From the NCBI GenBank assembly GCA_002733355.1, contig NVVN01000004.1, positions 1 to 64,000 on the forward strand: a stretch of DNA of 64,000 nt. Reading direction: 5' to 3'. The position numbers and the translations under genes are program-made. Below the pieces are notes generated by a model. It made no database searches. It was given only the letters and a program-made list of their open reading frames with translations, and was not told where the DNA came from. Shown here piece after piece: positions 61,798 to 64,000 of this stretch; position 1 is the stretch's first letter, and every line of letters starts with the position of its first letter. The stretch comes from Sulfurovum sp. (lineage in GTDB: Bacteria > Campylobacterota > Campylobacteria > Campylobacterales > Sulfurovaceae).

Positions 61798-62550
61798 TTA
61801 TGCCAACTTTTCCTGTCCCAGCCTATAAAGTGCAAAATCGTATTTAATCGGATCACTTATATCAAAAGTTGCCAATGTTTTCGTCAATTCTATGCTTGCT
61901 TTCATATCATATGTTTTTCGTTTTAGCAAACCTAAACGTCTAGCTACCTGGAAAGTGTGTGTATCCAAAGGCATCAGTAAATCTTTGGTATTTATCTTCG
62001 TCCATAAGCCTAAATCTATAGCATCTTTACGTACCATCCAACGCAAGTACATCATATAGCGTTTATATGTTCCTGCCATATTGACTTTTTTCGGTACTGA
62101 ACCTGTAAGAAAACGATACCCTCTACTTGAAAAAGGATATACTTTTTCCACTGTTTCTATAAAATGCCACAAGCCATCTAAAATATTTTCTTCTTTTTTA
62201 TAACCTTCATAGAAAATGTTTTCTATACTATCCATTTCTTTGAGTCGTTTAAGTGCTATAAAGATACCNGNAACATCTTCTGCATTTTGAAATCTATAGT
62301 AGTGGGAAGAGAGTGATTTTTTAATGTCATCGTCTGAAACCTCAAGTAAAGAAAAATCTAAACTTTGTAAAAACTTTACAATAAGCCCTGCATTTCCATA
62401 GGAAAATAGTGCACAGATGAGAGCAATGGTCTCATCATTATATTGTGAAGCTATAAGTAAGGGGTCTGGCTTGTCTAAGGAGATTTCGAGGCTATTGTTC
62501 CTGTTGATTACTTCTTGATCAAGGAGTATTTTTACTTTTTTAAGTGTCAT
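61798..62550 (-). CDS. TIGR02757 (DUF2400) family protein
   Basis: ALFSYGN, YYRFQ, KR..MYLRWMVR.D..DLGLW, PLDTH, DPIKYDFAL. Confidence 0.88.
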   Translation of the reverse strand: MTLKKVKILLDQEVINRNNSLEISLDKPDPLLIASQYNDETIALICALFSYGNAGLIVKFLQSLDFSLLEVSDDDIKKSLSSHYYRFQNAEDVXGIFIALKRLKEMDSIENIFYEGYKKEENILDGLWHFIETVEKVYPFSSRGYRFLTGSVPKKVNMAGTYKRYMMYLRWMVRKDAIDLGLWTKINTKDLLMPLDTHTFQVARRLGLLKRKTYDMKASIELTKTLATFDISDPIKYDFALYRLGQEKLA

Positions 62551-63273
62551 CTAAAACGTAAAGTGTTCTCCAAGATAATACTTTCGAACATTTTCATCAT
62601 TGGCTATCTCATCACTCGTACCTGTAGCCAGCATTTCTCCTGATTTCATCACATATGCTCGGTCACAAATCCCTAAGGTTTCACGTACATTATGGTCGGT
62701 AATAAGAATGCCCATGTCGAGTTCTACAAGTTGTTTAATGATGTTTTGTATGTCAATCACTGCGATGGGATCAACTCCGGCAAACGGTTCATCAAGCAGC
62801 AAAAATTTTGGTTCACCCACCAAAGCTCTAGCTATCTCCACTCTTCTTCGTTCTCCTCCACTTAGACGTATCCCTAAACGTGCACGTATTGGTTCAATGT
62901 TAAAAATCTCTAGTAGTTTTTCTATACGTGGAGTTACTGTCTCTTTTGGTAAATTAAGTGCTTCTGCTGCAATAAGTAGATTTTCTTCTACACTCAAGTC
63001 CTTAAAGATACTCGACTCTTGTGGCAAATACCCTATTCCCATCTGTGCTCGGGCACTTAATGGCAAGTTAGTCACATCTTCACCATCTAAAAAAACTTGA
63101 CCTTCTGTTGCATTTGTAAGTCCACACACCATATAAAAAGAAGTGGTTTTACCTGCACCATTTGGTCCAAGAAGCCCNACAATCTCTTTGCTTTTTACAC
63201 GCAAAGANATATCATGTACNATCTTAGTCTTTTTGATAGTTTTGGCAAGACCTTTAGCTTCAAGTGTGTGCAT
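62551..63273 (-). CDS. lptB: LPS export ABC transporter ATP-binding protein
   Basis: GPNGAGKTT.FYM, YLPQE.SIF, LSGGERRRVEIAR, LDEPFAGVDP, ITDHNVRETL. Confidence 0.95.
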   Translation of the reverse strand: MHTLEAKGLAKTIKKTKXVHDXSLRVKSKEIXGLLGPNGAGKTTSFYMVCGLTNATEGQVFLDGEDVTNLPLSARAQMGIGYLPQESSIFKDLSVEENLLIAAEALNLPKETVTPRIEKLLEIFNIEPIRARLGIRLSGGERRRVEIARALVGEPKFLLLDEPFAGVDPIAVIDIQNIIKQLVELDMGILITDHNVRETLGICDRAYVMKSGEMLATGTSDEIANDENVRKYYLGEHFTF

Positions 63274-63692
63274 TATGCNTTTATCCTATANGTTCTACTN
63301 GTNTTATTNGATGTNATATCTACAGTGACAACATTATAGCCAACGCTCTCTAAAAAGGCTTTAAGTGCATCANNNCCCCATTCTATNACATGCCATCCTG
63401 ACTTTTCAAATTCTTCAAAAAGACCCATTTGCATAAATTCTTCATGCTCTAATCTATAGAGGTCATAATGATAAAGATTAAAACCATCTTCAGAACTATA
63501 ACACTGTTGCAGTGAAAAAGTAGGAGAAGTTACTTCAGCAGTAATACCACTAGCCTTTGCGATGGCCTGTGTCAATGTAGTTTTCCCAGCTGCCAGGTCA
63601 CCTCGAAGAAATACTATGGCATCCAAAACTAAAGTATCTTTCAGATAGTCTACAACTTTTGATAATTCATCTAAGTTAGCAGTAATTTCCAT
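63273..63692 (-). CDS. tsaE: tRNA threonylcarbamoyladenosine biosynthesis ATPase
   Basis: L.GDLAAGKTT, VTSPTF, HYDLYRL, IEW. Confidence 0.93.
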   Translation of the reverse strand: MEITANLDELSKVVDYLKDTLVLDAIVFLRGDLAAGKTTLTQAIAKASGITAEVTSPTFSLQQCYSSEDGFNLYHYDLYRLEHEEFMQMGLFEEFEKSGWHXIEWXXDALKAFLESVGYNVVTVDXTXNXXSRXYRIXA

Positions 63693-63697
63693 GAATC

Positions 63698-64000
63698 TTA
63701 CGCTAACTTCTGACTTACATCAGCCATCAGATTTAAATGTTCTCTTGTTCTTCCTGAGTCAAGTTGTGCTCGTATCATTTCTATGGCTTCTTGTATGTCT
63801 CTTACATTTCCATCAACAAAGAGTGCAAAAGCAGCATTGAGTACTACTATGTCTCGTTTAGCCCCTACTTCTTCGCCAGAGTAAATATCTCTAGTGATTT
63901 GTGCATTAAATGTGGCATCTCCACCAAGTATAGCCTCTTTTGGAGCCAATTTAAATCCGAAAGTCTCAGGGTTTATCTCACCTTCTGAAATACGATTATT
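63698..64000 (-). CDS. trpD: anthranilate phosphoribosyltransferase, 3' portion (5' part outside window)
   Basis: INPETFG, AILGGD...NA, DIVVLNAAFAL. Confidence 0.85.
   Translation of the reverse strand, partial: NNRISEGEINPETFGFKLAPKEAILGGDATFNAQITRDIYSGEEVGAKRDIVVLNAAFALFVDGNVRDIQEAIEMIRAQLDSGRTREHLNLMADVSQKLA

Overview
64-kb chromosomal segment from a Campylobacterota (Epsilonproteobacteria) bacterium, probably Sulfurovum-like. This taxonomy is inferred from gene order and gene content, and the scattered and clustered Ns suggest a metagenome or consensus assembly. The window opens with the 3' end of a 23S-5S rRNA operon and argH. The housekeeping backbone comprises selO, ABC-F, HIT, pheST-ispH-aroA-rpsA-serA-efp, dnaE, icd, gatB, atpB, lptB, tsaE and trpD. 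Accessory highlights: (1) An integrase-less cassette array behind argH. The argH 3' end occurs three times, each copy heads a toxin-antitoxin or defence-like cargo (DUF4160/DUF2442 plus excalibur; MntA-HepT; DUF4062), two copies carry a built-in promoter, the joints share a motif, and the array is closed by a REP-flanked RAYT transposase. (2) A membrane GGDEF-EAL gene coupled to an RpfF-type DSF synthase that has an unusual Arg-rich tail, close to a full beta-oxidation operon interrupted by mrr. (3) A gammaproteobacterial-type class I aroA in a shifted operon position. (4) An anti-phage dCTP deaminase inserted behind a truncated rhuM. (5) An LpxQ-like outer-membrane protein, and sbtAB next to icd. 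All family calls come from recognising motifs by eye; no database search was run.
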